A model generated the notes under the pieces. It saw only the letters and a program-made list of their open reading frames with translations, did no database searches and had not been told where the DNA came from. A program made the translations under genes and the position numbers. DNA of 63,405 nt, filler included, from Sphacelaria rigidula (Eukaryota), in NCBI GenBank assembly GCA_964200075.2. It is 4 parts of 4 records of this genome, joined end to end, with 100 filler letters (N's around TTAATTAATTAA, not from the genome) between each part and the next. Parts side by side here need not be neighbours in the genome. Positions count along the whole stretch, not along the records: positions 15,879 to 31,655 come from CAXNAA020001599.1; positions 31,756 to 47,532 come from CAXNAA020001600.1; 2 more parts are not named here. The stretch is one strand, 5' to 3'. This document shows, piece after piece, positions 26,001-37,285 of the stretch (the first letter of the stretch is position 1; each line of letters opens with the position of its first letter).

Positions 26001-29000
26001 GGTTCACTCGCGTCTATGCTATGCAGAGCTCGGTTGGTCAACTTTCGTTTTTGGGTACTTTTCTGAATTTTCGTGTAGTATCCGCCCTTGGCGCTCAAAA
26101 GTCCTAGCGTCGATGGATATTGGGAAAAGAAGCAGGCTGTGCTCAGAACACAACTTTCAATCGATGTTCTGGGGGTGACTCGGAGTAAGTACATTTTTCA
26201 TCAGGGGGGTGTTATCGACAGTCACTGATCGGAAACACACAGTTTTTCCTGCTCCAGCGAAGGGTACCTCGATTTTATTTTTGAAGGAACATCACCCCCA
26301 GTCGTCGAAAAATCAAGAAAAAGAGGGTTCGGGGGGGGGGGAGGTTGGGCGCCGGGCGGCAGGTCTGTGCTAATTACTTGAATTTAGTCTAGTAGAATAC
26401 TTGAACTTAGTGTGGTTGTAAACAACTTGAATTTAGTGTGGTAGCCAAATTACTTGATTATAGTGTAGGGTTAGGATGTAGTCCTGCCACCTTGAAGCCA
26501 GCGTGGACGTTGCACGCGAAAGGCGGTTCCCTTGTGATTCTTGAAGGCCTCTGTAGTATAAGTAGGTAGTCGTGTGGGTGGCGTATTCCACGCAGGGTCG
26601 CCAACTTAGCTTATTGATGAATGTACAATGCACAACATCGTTTGGATATCGCTCGTGTAGTAGTCTTCCTGCTTGCCAATGAGCGTATCGTGACGATCAA
26701 CACAATTATGCAGCAGTTTACACCAAGGGTCGCACGCTCCATACCATTGTCGACTGCGAGTACTGTAGTCGAGAGTGACCGCGGCTCAGACAAGTTTCGG
26801 CTCGGTTGCAGCAACCGCAAACCTTCACGGCGGTCAGCGCAAGAAGACTGCCACGCAAATGTCGCGAAACATGCTTGCTACTTGCGCCTTCAAACATGAA
26901 TAAGAGTGCAAGAAATGTTGCAACTAGGTCCCCAGCAAAAAGAGATCGATTGCGTTCAACGAAAGTGACTCGGTTCAGCGGGATATTACCCCTCCCACCC
27001 CGCTGTCCCCCTACACATTTATTCATCGCGCACACACACTGTTGATGTCGCCTTCCGGCGCACGAACGTGCGCGGCACCTCAAGACCTAGTCTCGAGACA
27101 AACGCAGCACGTAGCGGCAACATTCAAATTCAAAAGAAATTCATGTGTTCTTGTTGAAAACATCGGGCCTAAAAAGGGGGTTCATAAGGGGTTGGGGTTA
27201 ATCAACTCCAATCCTGAGGTGCCCTTGCTCTAGCCCAATGAATAAGTAGAGAATAAGTAAACAATCCGTTTCATTCGTTCACACAAGCGATTGAGATTGC
27301 TTCAATCGAATAATAATACTCAAGGGGTCAGACCCTGGGGCTGGATAGTCTCTGGACCCCCGAGTACCGGTAAGCCCAAAAGTCGTTCAATGATGAGGGC
27401 GTATGTGATCTATAATAGTTTGGAAACGTGTCGGGGGGGTGCCTAGTATCTCCCGATCCCCAAACTTTGAGATCAAACGCTCCCTGGGATCAGCGGTGGC
27501 ATGCGAAAGCACTTTCGAGTATCCCCGACCACGAAAAAATACGAGAATGTCCTATTTCAGATGTGAACTACGAGCTGGGCCAGCCTAAAAACGGATATAA
27601 GCTTTAAAAGCAATATCTCATCGACACAGACAAGTTGAGCCGTGATCCGCATATCGTATTAATCGTCTGATCAAGGAAAGGTGCCATCTGCTCAAAAATC
27701 TGGGCCAATTTTTTCTCGTTGATTAAATCCCATGTCTAGCAATTCCTATACCTAGCGGAGATAGCGCCAATACTAAAATCTTTATGAGACTCCCGATCGA
27801 TGCATTTAGCGGATGGCGACGAATTTTGGTGTGGAGAACCATAAAAAAGTGCCGAATAAAAAAATATGGGCCTTCATTTTTTTTTAATAAAGGTTAGGGC
27901 GTTTACCATAGTGGAACGCCCTAAACCAGTGAAAACGATTGAAAAAAATCAACGTGACCCACTTTTGTTTTGTCAAATATGCCTTAGAGAGCGTCCACAC
28001 AAAATTTCGATACACGAAAACCAAACACGGGCCGGTGAGTGGCCTGCGAAATACTCTCCCGAATTTCTACCGACCCGGTTTTGTAAAGGACCATGCTTCC
28101 GCCAATGTTTAGAGTTGGACCCTGAAATTTTGGGATGAATCAGAGTTCATACGAGTTGACTCTCCGTGAAAATTGAATGTCATTCATGTACCAAAGAGTC
28201 ATCCAGTATTAATCGCGGATGGTAAAATTGTACGTTCAAGGTCGTACCGCACGAATCACGAACTGGACATGTGTACACTCCCAGCAATGTCCCAGAATCA
28301 AGAATGCGAAAAATTTACGAATCAAGATTCCTGTATGGCTCAGGGAAACATGTGCACTTGATTGACCGCTTCGGAGCCGTTGATGGAGAGGTGGCGATTT
28401 ACAGACTTCCATATGTGAGCTTTCGTCACCGGGAAAACGTCACTTTGAGTTCGGTGCACAAATCTGTCACATTAGTACACTTGAACTTAGAGTGGTGCAC
28501 CGTTTTGATGTGCTGCATCATCAACACTTGCAGAAAAGCAACGACCATATCTTGCCCAAGAAAACAACAATTGTGAATCGTCACTTTTCCATCAACAGTT
28601 CCAAAAGGGTTAATCTTGCATGAATTTTCAGGTGGAGAACGTGTACAGTCGATTCACCTCGCATGAAATGGTCAGGTGACATGCACGTATGATTCGTGCT
28701 GCATGAATGAAAAATGGGACTCACCTTGTATGTATGGAAGGCGCAGGACATGTATATTCGAGCCATGCTGCATGAATGAAAATTGGGAGGGGCGTACGGT
28801 TTGATTTACTTCGCATGAATGAGAGGCGGAACGGTGCGTATGATTCATGACGCAGGAATGGAATGTGAGAAATATGCACGCTTGATTCACTTCGCATGAG
28901 TGGAAGGTGGGGAATATGTACACATGTACCCATGATTCATGCTGCATGAATGGAAGGGGAACACATACCCGTGGTTCATGCTGCATAGATGAAAGGTTTT

Positions 29001-31535
29001 GAACTACTGTTGTCTGTTGTCCGCTGTACGGGTTATGCAGTACTGTACTGTACTGAACTATTCGCTCACTGCAGTGGCGCTGCCGGAGTGTTTCTGCAAA
29101 CTCACGCGAATATGCGGGGACGACTCTCGCATTGCTGGTGCTCTCTGAAGCTGTCTCTTGTACTGTCTTATATATTCAGATCATTTGTACCGCCGAACAA
29201 AACATGAAAACGCAGGAAGGCCGTCAATAGCTTAGCTCGGGAGAAGAAAAACCCAGGAAAATCGCTCTAGGCAGATAGATGCGTGCTGAGTTCTGTTGTA
29301 CCGTTTTGTCTACGGACAGCAGTCTATGCTGCCGGAGTTTTCCCGGAAAGTCCCGCGGAAATGCGGAGACGACTCGTGCTGGTTCTGTCTTCGCAGGTAT
29401 TCGTGGCATTGTGCACAGTGTATTTAGGACAACTGTAACTTACAACACATGGAACCACAGGGGCTGTCAGTGGCATACCTCGGGAAAATGCTTGGCTAGA
29501 CGAACCGCTCTGGCCACGCAAAGCCGTGTGTTGTACTACTTTATTTGACGTCTCGAGTACAGTATTTGATATCGGGTTTGTTGCGGATTTGATTTTGAAG
29601 GAGTTCGCGACCTGCGGCGCTATTTTCTGCCCATCCCACCTGCAAAAAGACGGCGCCATCGAAGAGCCGTGCCTCATGAGATGACAGGTGGCCATGTGCC
29701 GGTTATCTATGTTTTGAACACAACGTGGGAGCATGTACGTATGATTCATGCTGCATGAATGAAAAGCGGGAAAAATGTATTATTGACCCAGCTCGTATGA
29801 AGGTAAGGTGGGGGACATGTGCCCATGACTCGTGGTGCATGAATACATAGAAATCGGGAGACATGCATCTATGATTCATATTGTACGAATGAAAGGTGGG
29901 AACTATGTACCTATGATTCATACCACACGAATTAAAGGCAAAAAACGTGTACCTTCGACGGTGTACCGCACGAATCACGAACTGGGAATGTTTACACTAC
30001 AACTAGTGTGGCACGAATCACAAACCCAAAGCATATACGAGTCACAACCTGTAAACGAATCGTGTGGTTGGCTTCTTGCAACACAGAATGCGACAGCACC
30101 GGAATGCTCGCGTGCGACAAGAACTGCTACCGGCATCCGTACAAAAGTAGATGGCGGTCACACCAGCTAATACATACGCTTCCACGACCGGCTGCTCGGG
30201 GAAGTGGGTATACTACACGGAGGCATTACTGAATCATTCGCGTGGTTGCTAGCTTTCCCCCCACTTGGCATACGTGTTGCTTTCGTTCTGCGACAAGTAT
30301 GTGGATCTATGTGAGCTCACTTCTTACGCTGTGTAGATTCACCGGCGGCCGGGAAGGCCGCAGAGTAGGTCGCTGGCGAGCACCACGTTTTTGGACCAAA
30401 TCAACTTACTCGGCCCACACCCCACTTGACGGACTACCAATTTGCTCTGAATCGTGTGTATGCAAACAATTTACAGCACCTGCATCACCTTTGTAGACGC
30501 TTTTCCTTCCTCGAATATTTTTATAATGGCACTGGTTTGTGTCCGTTCTATACCGGTCGGTGAGGATTGTGTCCATGGGAGTGTTTTTTGAGTAATAATA
30601 GATGGATGACACTTCCGGTATGCCCACACACCGTTGTTTGCGCCGTAGTGGTAAAACGTTGAAGTGCGTTGTATCGGCTTCACGGCAGAAAGTGCGTCTT
30701 TTTTGAAAACGGAGCGGAAATGGGCGATAATCAAGCAGAACCGCGATTTCTTGTTCTTTGAATTAGTTGTCCGTGTTTGTTGATCAAGCCAACAAGCACT
30801 GAGTTGCCCAGTCAGCGCTGACTTAGTAGCTTAAGGTTTTTTGGCGCCGGTTGACAACGACGCTGTAGAACACGCCACTCAGTGCGTAAGCTACGTACCC
30901 AGGTTACCGTTTTATTTTCGTGCTTGCGTTTGTTTTGTGGTAACCATGATGGTGGTGGAGCTAGATAATACTGTGCTGGGGTGGGAGAACCTCGATTCCG
31001 CTTACAAGGGATGGTCATACTACATGGTGTTTGAATGGTGAAACACCCATGAGGCAGCGTGTGACCCATAACTGTCTCTGAAAGTGACGATACCACAAAA
31101 TGAAGCAACTCATCGGAGGCTGTCATCCGAATGCAAGATGATCAATAGGCTTTGGGCCGCACAGTCTTAGCAGGGTACAGCTGACCCTTCATGCGACTCG
31201 CGGAACAGATCATGGCGCTTCGCGCTTGGTGATTGACTGCGAGCGTGGTCCGGTCAAAACCCGACGTTCTCCGTCCCGGCTTGGTCGGGATGCGAGTTCT
31301 ATTGTCATCTGACTACGGCATTCAAGATTGTGAGCACATCCCTACTCTCTACTTTCTGTGCTTGCAGGTACCGCTAGATGGAGCCGATACCTTGAATTCG
31401 TCACTACTTCGGTATCGAGGAGTGTCCCCGCAGGCGGAGGGTGTGATGAAAGCCCTCGGGTTCACTGCGCCGCTCAAAATGATTCAAGATGGGAATGCTG
31501 GCCTGGGTCTACAGCGGGGGCGTCGAATCATGTAG
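17073..31535 (+). CDS. Stand-alone 5'-3' exonuclease / flap endonuclease (DNA polymerase I N-terminal nuclease family, no polymerase domain), spliced gene of ~332 aa, probably organelle-targeted
   Basis: Phase-consistent GT-AG exons at 21659-21778, 22083-22276, 22842-22954, 23545-23680, 24114-24174 and 31368-31535, plus tentative 17073-17098, 17995-18115 and 18251-18310. The joined protein has the family motifs VAMAFD, TFR..FPPYKAHR, FEADD, SSDKD, GDVADNIPGVKGIG (H3TH) and IATLHDEVPL, then TAG. Confidence 0.9.
17995..18115 (+). CDS. Tentative exon 2 of the 5'-3' exonuclease (TSRSVILG...LRCVDQS...QELP)
   Basis: Acceptor catccag and donor gtgagt, with an open frame. The CVD Asp is 49 aa before the AFD Asp, close to the Pol I D13-D63 spacing. 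Confidence 0.45.
18251..18310 (+). CDS. Tentative exon 3 of the 5'-3' exonuclease (MNLSAPLGCVSSTVESASHR)
   Basis: Acceptor tattgcag and donor gttagc. Phase 0-0 links it to the 21659 exon. Confidence 0.4.
18346..20013. mobile_element. Non-autonomous TIR element with two subterminal blocks of ~65-70-bp repeats
   Basis: Perfect 15-bp inverted ends ACCGTAGGTAAGGTA / TACCTTACCTACGGT. Blocks ~18361-18745 and ~19700-19985 are similar and in the same orientation. No TSD identified. Confidence 0.75.
21117..21500 (-). mobile_element. tRNA-derived SINE, near full-length, with (CA)n tail
   Basis: Minus-strand A-box-like GGTCGCTTAGTTGGTA (21480-21465) and B-box-like GGATTCGAATC (21435-21425). The body recurs three more times in the window. 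Confidence 0.8.
21659..21778 (+). CDS. 5'-3' exonuclease exon (VNPRYVAMAFDVGRDTTFRREIFPPYKAHRKPHPYDLTLQ)
   Basis: cttgacag acceptor and gtgaga donor. Contains the AFD and YKxxR motifs. Not in the ORF track. Confidence 0.92.
22083..22276 (+). CDS. 5'-3' exonuclease exon (EADD and SDKD catalytic motifs)
   Basis: ttttcag acceptor and AG|gtgctc donor. Encodes GFEADDVMATL and CSSDKDMCQLV. Confidence 0.95.
22842..22954 (+). CDS. 5'-3' exonuclease exon (EEVKEKFGVKP...LVGDVADNIP)
   Basis: gtgcag acceptor and G|gtgaga donor; phase 2 in, phase 1 out. Confidence 0.95.
23545..23680 (+). CDS. 5'-3' exonuclease exon (GVKGIGLKGGSRLLERFGSLEGIF...)
   Basis: ggcag acceptor and AG|gtaagt donor. Completes the H3TH motif. 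Confidence 0.95.
24114..24174 (+). CDS. 5'-3' exonuclease exon (KPEIQEEAMLYREIATLHDE)
   Basis: gacag acceptor and gtgaga donor; phases match both neighbours. Confidence 0.88.
25679..27571. mobile_element. Old TIR element inside the 7.2-kb exonuclease intron
   Basis: Imperfect inverted repeats of ~150 bp, with core gggagatactaggca (25798) / tgcctagtatctccc (27440). Confidence 0.6.
28610..29940. repeat. Degenerate ~40-bp minisatellite in two blocks (28610-28998 and 29730-29940) split by ~730 bp of unrelated DNA
   Basis: Repeated GATTCATGCTGCATGAATGAAAGG core, containing the dyad ATTCATGC-T-GCATGAAT. Confidence 0.8.
30835..31180. repeat. Dispersed repeat, copy 1 (copy 2 at ~63065-63405)
   Basis: Colinear anchors aaccatgatggtggt, gtgggagaacctc, cacccatgaggcag, ggaggctgtcatc and tcttagcagg. 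Confidence 0.85.
31368..31535 (+). CDS. 5'-3' exonuclease terminal exon (VPLDGAD...MKALGF...IM*)
   Basis: cttgcag acceptor. Completes the ATLxxxVPL motif and has the family-like late 'LGF', then TAG. Confidence 0.82.
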   Translation, partial: VPLDGADTLNSSLLRYRGVSPQAEGVMKALGFTAPLKMIQDGNAGLGLQRGRRIM

Positions 31536-31655
31536 TCGGTTGCCGACACCGGGGCGGGGGGAGCGGGGCGGGGGGAGCGGGGGGGGGGGGGGGGGGGGGG
31601 GAGACATTTTATTAACGTAGTAGAACGAAGCCCACCTCAGCCCCCCCACCCACCA

Positions 31656-31755
31656 NNNNNNNNNNNNNNNNNNNNNNNNNNNNNNNNNNNNNNNNNNNNT
31701 TAATTAATTAANNNNNNNNNNNNNNNNNNNNNNNNNNNNNNNNNNNNNNNNNNNN
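31656..31755. other. Scaffold gap
   Basis: N run with the TTAATTAATTAA spacer. Confidence 0.98.
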
Positions 31756-32609
31756 CTTAGTCATTTGACCATTGACCACGCATCCCTTTCGAGACGGAGC
31801 AGGGGAGGGGGGGGGGGGGCTGATTCAGGTCGAGACACTCAGTGCGTCCGCTTGAACAAAAAAGACCGTGGAGGAGCTCAAACCAAATTTCTGGCTCACA
31901 GCTCCACACACGTACCATCGGTTCGAGAGACTGTCCGGGCACTCTGTGGCATTTTTGCGACGGGCAAGTCGATAAATCCCAAGAGTGTCGAGGGTTTGAA
32001 TTGCTCAACGTGCAAGCCATCACTTCGGAAGACCCCCTCGGACACCATCAAATAGTACATCTTCGTTATCCTTAGTGGAGGGCTGTCGCTTGAGTCGTCA
32101 ACCGACCTTGGACCAAGTGGTTCGAAAGTTGAATCACTTGCGTTTCGTCCCTGAAACTCGCTTCTTGTCTCGCAAAAAAAATTCTCTTGTTGCTAGCAGC
32201 GCTCGCTGTTGTCACATCTCCCCAGTCTCATAACTGAAGTGAACTTCGGTCGTACAGACCTTCAATCGTTTTGGATTGAGTAGTTCTATGGTAGGGGTGC
32301 GAATTTTGTTTCTGTTGCTCTGCACTTTTGGAGCCTCTCGATGACGAACATCTGGGCCTTAGTGTGCAGCCTCGGAAGCATTCGGACTGAAAAATGAACC
32401 CCTACCGTAGAATCACTCGGATTTTTTTATTGTGACGGATTGTTTTTAGCGTTTTTCAATCGTTGAATCCCATTGGTTCTTTTCACCAACGTTAACTTCC
32501 ACTACGTGGTCGACCCGAAAACGACCGCTTTTCGCTCCTACTTCAGAGACTACAACAAGTCGGAGTAAAATACAAACACAAAACCTGTCAGCCGTCCTTG
32601 CCGTCAGTC

Positions 32610-32954
32610 AGGTTTAGCGCTACACACTGTCAAGCCGGTTATGAGCTCTCCATGTCGTACTTCCCCGTCCCTTTCAACGTCCTCGCCCGCACTGCCATAC
32701 CCTTACCCCGTAATGCCCCTACTAGAGGTATGCTTTCTCCATCCCACCCCACAATTTCCAGATTTGTTCTCGAGAAAGCGAAGTTAGGTTTAGCGCTACA
32801 TACTGTTAACCCGGTTATGAGCTCTCCATGTCGTATTTTCCCATCCCTTTCAACGTCCTCGCCCCCTGCCATACCCTTGCCCCGTCATGCCCCTATTAGA
32901 GGAATACCTTCTCCATCCCACCCCACAATTTCCAGTTTTGTTCTCGAGAAAGCG
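32610..32954. repeat. Tandem duplication of a ~175-bp unit
   Basis: aggtttagcgctaca...ttgttctcgagaaagcg occurs at 32610 and 32786. Confidence 0.9.
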
Positions 32955-33230
32955 CCAAAATGGGAGTTATGTTATGACTCAATTCCTGTAAATAGTATAG
33001 CTCAATGATTCTTCCAGATAGGATCGTCTATGCCATGCCTTTCTTCTGAATCCAACCATACCATCGTCAGGACGGATCTCTGTTGGGGAGAGGAGATCTG
33101 CACCTCATTCTCTTCCTGACGTATAGAGCAGAGGAAGCAGGGAAACTTGCCTGGTACTTCAGACTAAATCATCTCCGCGCCCCACCTCCCGACAAATTGG
33201 CTATCGCTAACATTTAGGCCACCCTTTCAG

Positions 33231-33337
33231 GACGAGTGACAGAACACGGCAGCTTCATTTCGGTCACGGTCCGTATCGCGCGGCAGCAAGGGGTGCTGGC
33301 ATTGTGGAGAGGTCTGGCGCCGCGTTTGCTACGCGTC
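33231..33337 (+). pseudogene. Orphan exon-like fragment of a mitochondrial carrier (SLC25/MCF) gene
   Basis: After a ctttcag acceptor it translates RVTEHGSFISVTVRIARQQGVLALWRGLAPRLLRV, matching the carrier repeat segment I..EG..alWrGl.prllRv. No other carrier exons were recognised nearby. Confidence 0.65.
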
Positions 33338-36300
33338 GTAACAGTAGATCCAGGAGAAGATCGCGGCGATAAAGGCAGCTAATAGTCGTCTTCTTTAGTG
33401 ATCCACCTACCTCCGACGAACGCGTCCCGAGGAAGCTCAAGCGCTCCCTATTCTACATGGCGGAGCACGCTCTAGATCCGGTTCTGCAGGATCACTGCGC
33501 AGTTGGCTACCGTCAGCTCTCCTGGCGCTGTTCCAGAGTACACAGGCGTTACTGCAGCCTATACAATCCGCTTCCTCGCGCGTTCACCCGCCTTGGCCAG
33601 TTGGTTGGCCTCGGCTCGTAATATATTGGAAAGACGATGTCTTCGCAGGATTTATGATCAACATATGTACATTTATCATTTCACATTTTGCACCACTTTT
33701 GCCGAGTTTTCTCTGGCGGCAAGGCATTTTTTCACGCGCTTTCTTTTGCAGCGCACTGACAAGGCTCAGCGGTACATTACCGTTCAGATTTGGGTGTCAT
33801 CTGATACCTGTGGCGCATGTTCTGGCCACCGAAAGTCGCTCAAACTGGTCCTTTTTCGCGGGGTGTCGATCCCGAACCACAAAAGCCTGTGGAAAATCAT
33901 GGGAAACTTGAAACATGATTACTTTTGGCGGCGGGAAATGTTTCCCTCGTGTTTCTCTTTGTCGCGCTCTCGCTTGTTTGGGAGTACGAACACACCGGTT
34001 ATGCCGCCAATGTTACGAGAACATGATGGGAGCAAAGCAGTTGAAAACAATTGAACATTTCCTTGACCGTAGTCAGCGGCAAACACAAGGCCGTGCCATG
34101 GGCCGTGGGTGAGTTGAACAAGGCACAGTAGCACGGCAGCACAGGAATGTTTTTCCACACAAAATATTCACCCTGTTTTCGAAAAAGGCCCGGTGATGTG
34201 GAAGCCACAGTTATGCACAAAGGAGATGCCGAGAATGTTCGATGCATTTCAATTTTTCGAGAGGTGCCTCCCGCTCTCACGTCTTCGTTGCACGAGAGCT
34301 CCTTCGTACTCTGGCACCTCGGGTATACCACACATGTCCTACGCCGGCGATTCCGCCGTTGGCCTCCATCTGAATTCCCACATTTCCAAACGACATCCGA
34401 TAACACATGCAATAATTGTACAGCCATGATTAATACTGTACATTGAGATACAACAGCCTCTCTGAACCATATATGTTCGACTTGCGTCACCCCTGCGAGG
34501 CCGTGCTACCCTCCCGAAGGGAACCTTATATATATATATGTATATTATCAAAACAATATGCGATGCATCGCTTCGACTCAGTATATATTGACATGTTAAT
34601 AAATGCACGGCCAACATGAACGGTTTATATTGAACGTTCCGTTTCCGGAGTAAGTGCATATCCACTACATTTTGGTATGCATTATTCGCAGTCATGACAC
34701 GAAAAATATGAATTATTGCTTCAATATCTCCGAGGAGATCCAGACACAGGAAATATATTTCTTGTGAGGGGAATACTTGCGCTGTTCCCTATACAAAGTA
34801 TTGGTATCGTATTGGAGCATACTGACTGAAGTGTCGAGGAGGGTATAAGCAACACGGCACGATGATCAGAGGGGGTACCAAAAGGCGCATATCGCTTCTG
34901 CATCTGACAGGAACAAAGCAGTACAGAACCTGAAAGCTGTCTAGCGAGTACACAACGTTCGTGGTGTGTTGCTGGCTCTCGATCGTTGAACTTTCTTTCA
35001 AGAACGAGTGATGCCGATTCATCGGCTGCGTAACCTGAGGGCCAAAAAAGGGCCAGGTCACAAAGGAATCGCGATCAGTTTCTCTTGAAACATGATTACG
35101 GGGAAAAACTAGGAAACAGGATTATCGCCAAGTGACGACTAAACGACTCTCATCTCTCTTGGTTCAAAATGGTTCGAAGTGACCCCCGCATAACATCTTG
35201 TACGCCAACAAAATATGTATGCTACGCTCGTGGCTGCATTTGTTCTCACGACAGCCACTTTGAGATGTCGTGCGGTGGCCAAAAAATGAAGAGAGAGCAC
35301 CACGTTTGACGTCACGAGTGTCAAAGTTGGAGCGACACCTCGCTCAGATTGAAGGAGTAATGTCGGGTTCGTTGCAGCAGTTGGACAAAATCACACTGTT
35401 TTCGTCCGTGGCTGACTGCGCTATCTTCCGAGACCGTTCTAGGAACCATCACAACAGGCTCTCGAAGGAGAAGGCAGAGGAATATTTCCAGACGAGCATG
35501 TCAACCGCCATCAAAAAGCTGAGCAAACGCCAGCACGTACATGTGGGTCCCGGTGTATCTTTCCTTCCATTAAACGCTACGACTCGGGTGACAAAACATT
35601 CTAATATCTCACGCGCACGTAGAATGGCGTTTTCACGCGCTTACAGTGTGAGCTGCAGAACGCAAACACTGTTGCATTTCGACGGAATGCACATACGTGC
35701 TGAAAAACCAATGCGATAATCAACAACGACCTCCCCCCTTGACTTAATAGCCAACATGATACACTGAGCTAACTACATACGAACTATACTGCAACACGAT
35801 CCCTGCCCAGAGACCGGCCGCTATTTGTCATCGACAGTTTTATTTTTCTGTCGAGAGGTCCAACTTCACCCGTTCTTGGGAATGAGTTCGTGGTCTCAAG
35901 GGACCAACCCATGCCCGCCCCCGGTACACGGCTGCAACAACATATGCAACGACACTAATTTACGGGATTGCCCTTGGCGCCCCTCCTCCCCACCCCCCAC
36001 CCCCCCGGATCCTCACTGGTCGACGCTAGGTAATCCCGTCACGAGAAAACCGAAATACTGTATATCAAAATAACAGGACGAGGGACTGTGAAGGGGGTCT
36101 AGTTGACGTTTCCTCCTTCATCTCGCTGGACTTTCACTCACTGACACCAAGTAATCTCATCAAGGACAAAACGAACTGCATGTGAAGAAAAGCACGACAA
36201 AACTCAAAGTGTAGTCTAGGTACCCCCCCGCCGTGCTCCCCTCCTCGACCCTCACTGGCTGACGCCAAGTAATGTCGCTACGAGGAAACAAGTACTGGTT

Positions 36301-37114
36301 GTGTCGACGAACCAGAAGAATCCGACGGGACTAGCCGTTTTGGTGATGAATGAAAGCAAACGATACCATGCTCACCTAGTCTCTATCCGAACCCACAAAG
36401 GAAAACAATATTACATCGGAGCTCGCAAAGTACTCCGTCTATTGGGGCTATTCTACGTGAGTCAGCGTACGCATAGGGGGCGTACTCATTTGTTGCCTCA
36501 CGCACAGGGGGGGGATACAAACAAAACATCAACAGAGACACTGTCAGAACCGTGCAGAGACGGAGATCGGTTGTCGTAGAAACTGCCTAAGCCATAAAGA
36601 AACGGAGATCGGTGATCTGAAGGAGCTGCCGAAGCCGTCGAGAAACTAAGATTGGTGTCGGTATATGCTGATGACGTTTGTGTCCCCGCACTTCTGTGTT
36701 CCTTCGTTGCCGCTACACTTGGCCTTCCGCTTCTGTTCGTGGTAACTTTGGTCATGAAGGAATCGCCGCAAAAGCATCTGCAGGTTACGTGGTTCGTATC
36801 AAGAAGAGAGGTACAAGGTGGCAGAAAGGCGGCTTGTGATGAGAATTTTACTATCATGAATAATTTTGGTTCCTGTGTTGTATATATGTGACATGGATTG
36901 CAGCCGCTTCTCATTCCTCCTTGTTCCAGGAGATAGAATATATACATGCAGTACTCATTCTCTGAACAGAGAGCACAACCCTCGGACGTTGACTTGAAAG
37001 TTCCGCACGAGTCAGGCGCCAACGTTGCGCGTCGTTACCCTGTAATGATTCAAGATATGAACCACTTACTACACTCACATAGCATCACCATTCGCATTTT
37101 CGTCCGCTCCATCA

Positions 37115-37285
37115 CTAATTGCCAAAGGACTCGCAGTCATCCATTCCCGGTTCGGGGCCAGGCCACATCTTGGCCATGTGAGAGTCATCCTCGTCCTCTA
37201 GCGGGAACGTGTACGTGCCGGGACCGCTAGGGTTGTACTTGGGGATGCGGTATTCGTCCGGGTTCCAGGTGTCCCAGATGTGTTC
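37115..37285 (-). CDS. Secreted protein terminal exon (EHIWDTWNPDEYRIPKY...CESFGN*)
   Basis: gaacag acceptor, 56 codons then TAG; strong codon bias. Absent from the ORF track. Confidence 0.85.
   Translation of the reverse strand, partial: EHIWDTWNPDEYRIPKYNPSGPGTYTFPLEDEDDSHMAKMWPGPEPGMDDCESFGN

Noticed and set aside
28610..29940. CRISPR-like repeat-spacer array
   Set aside because: The linkers resemble each other and the repeats are degenerate, so it is a minisatellite.
35270..35719. 149-aa ORF as a transposase or host gene
   Set aside because: No motif that I can recognise and no splice-linked partners; left unannotated.
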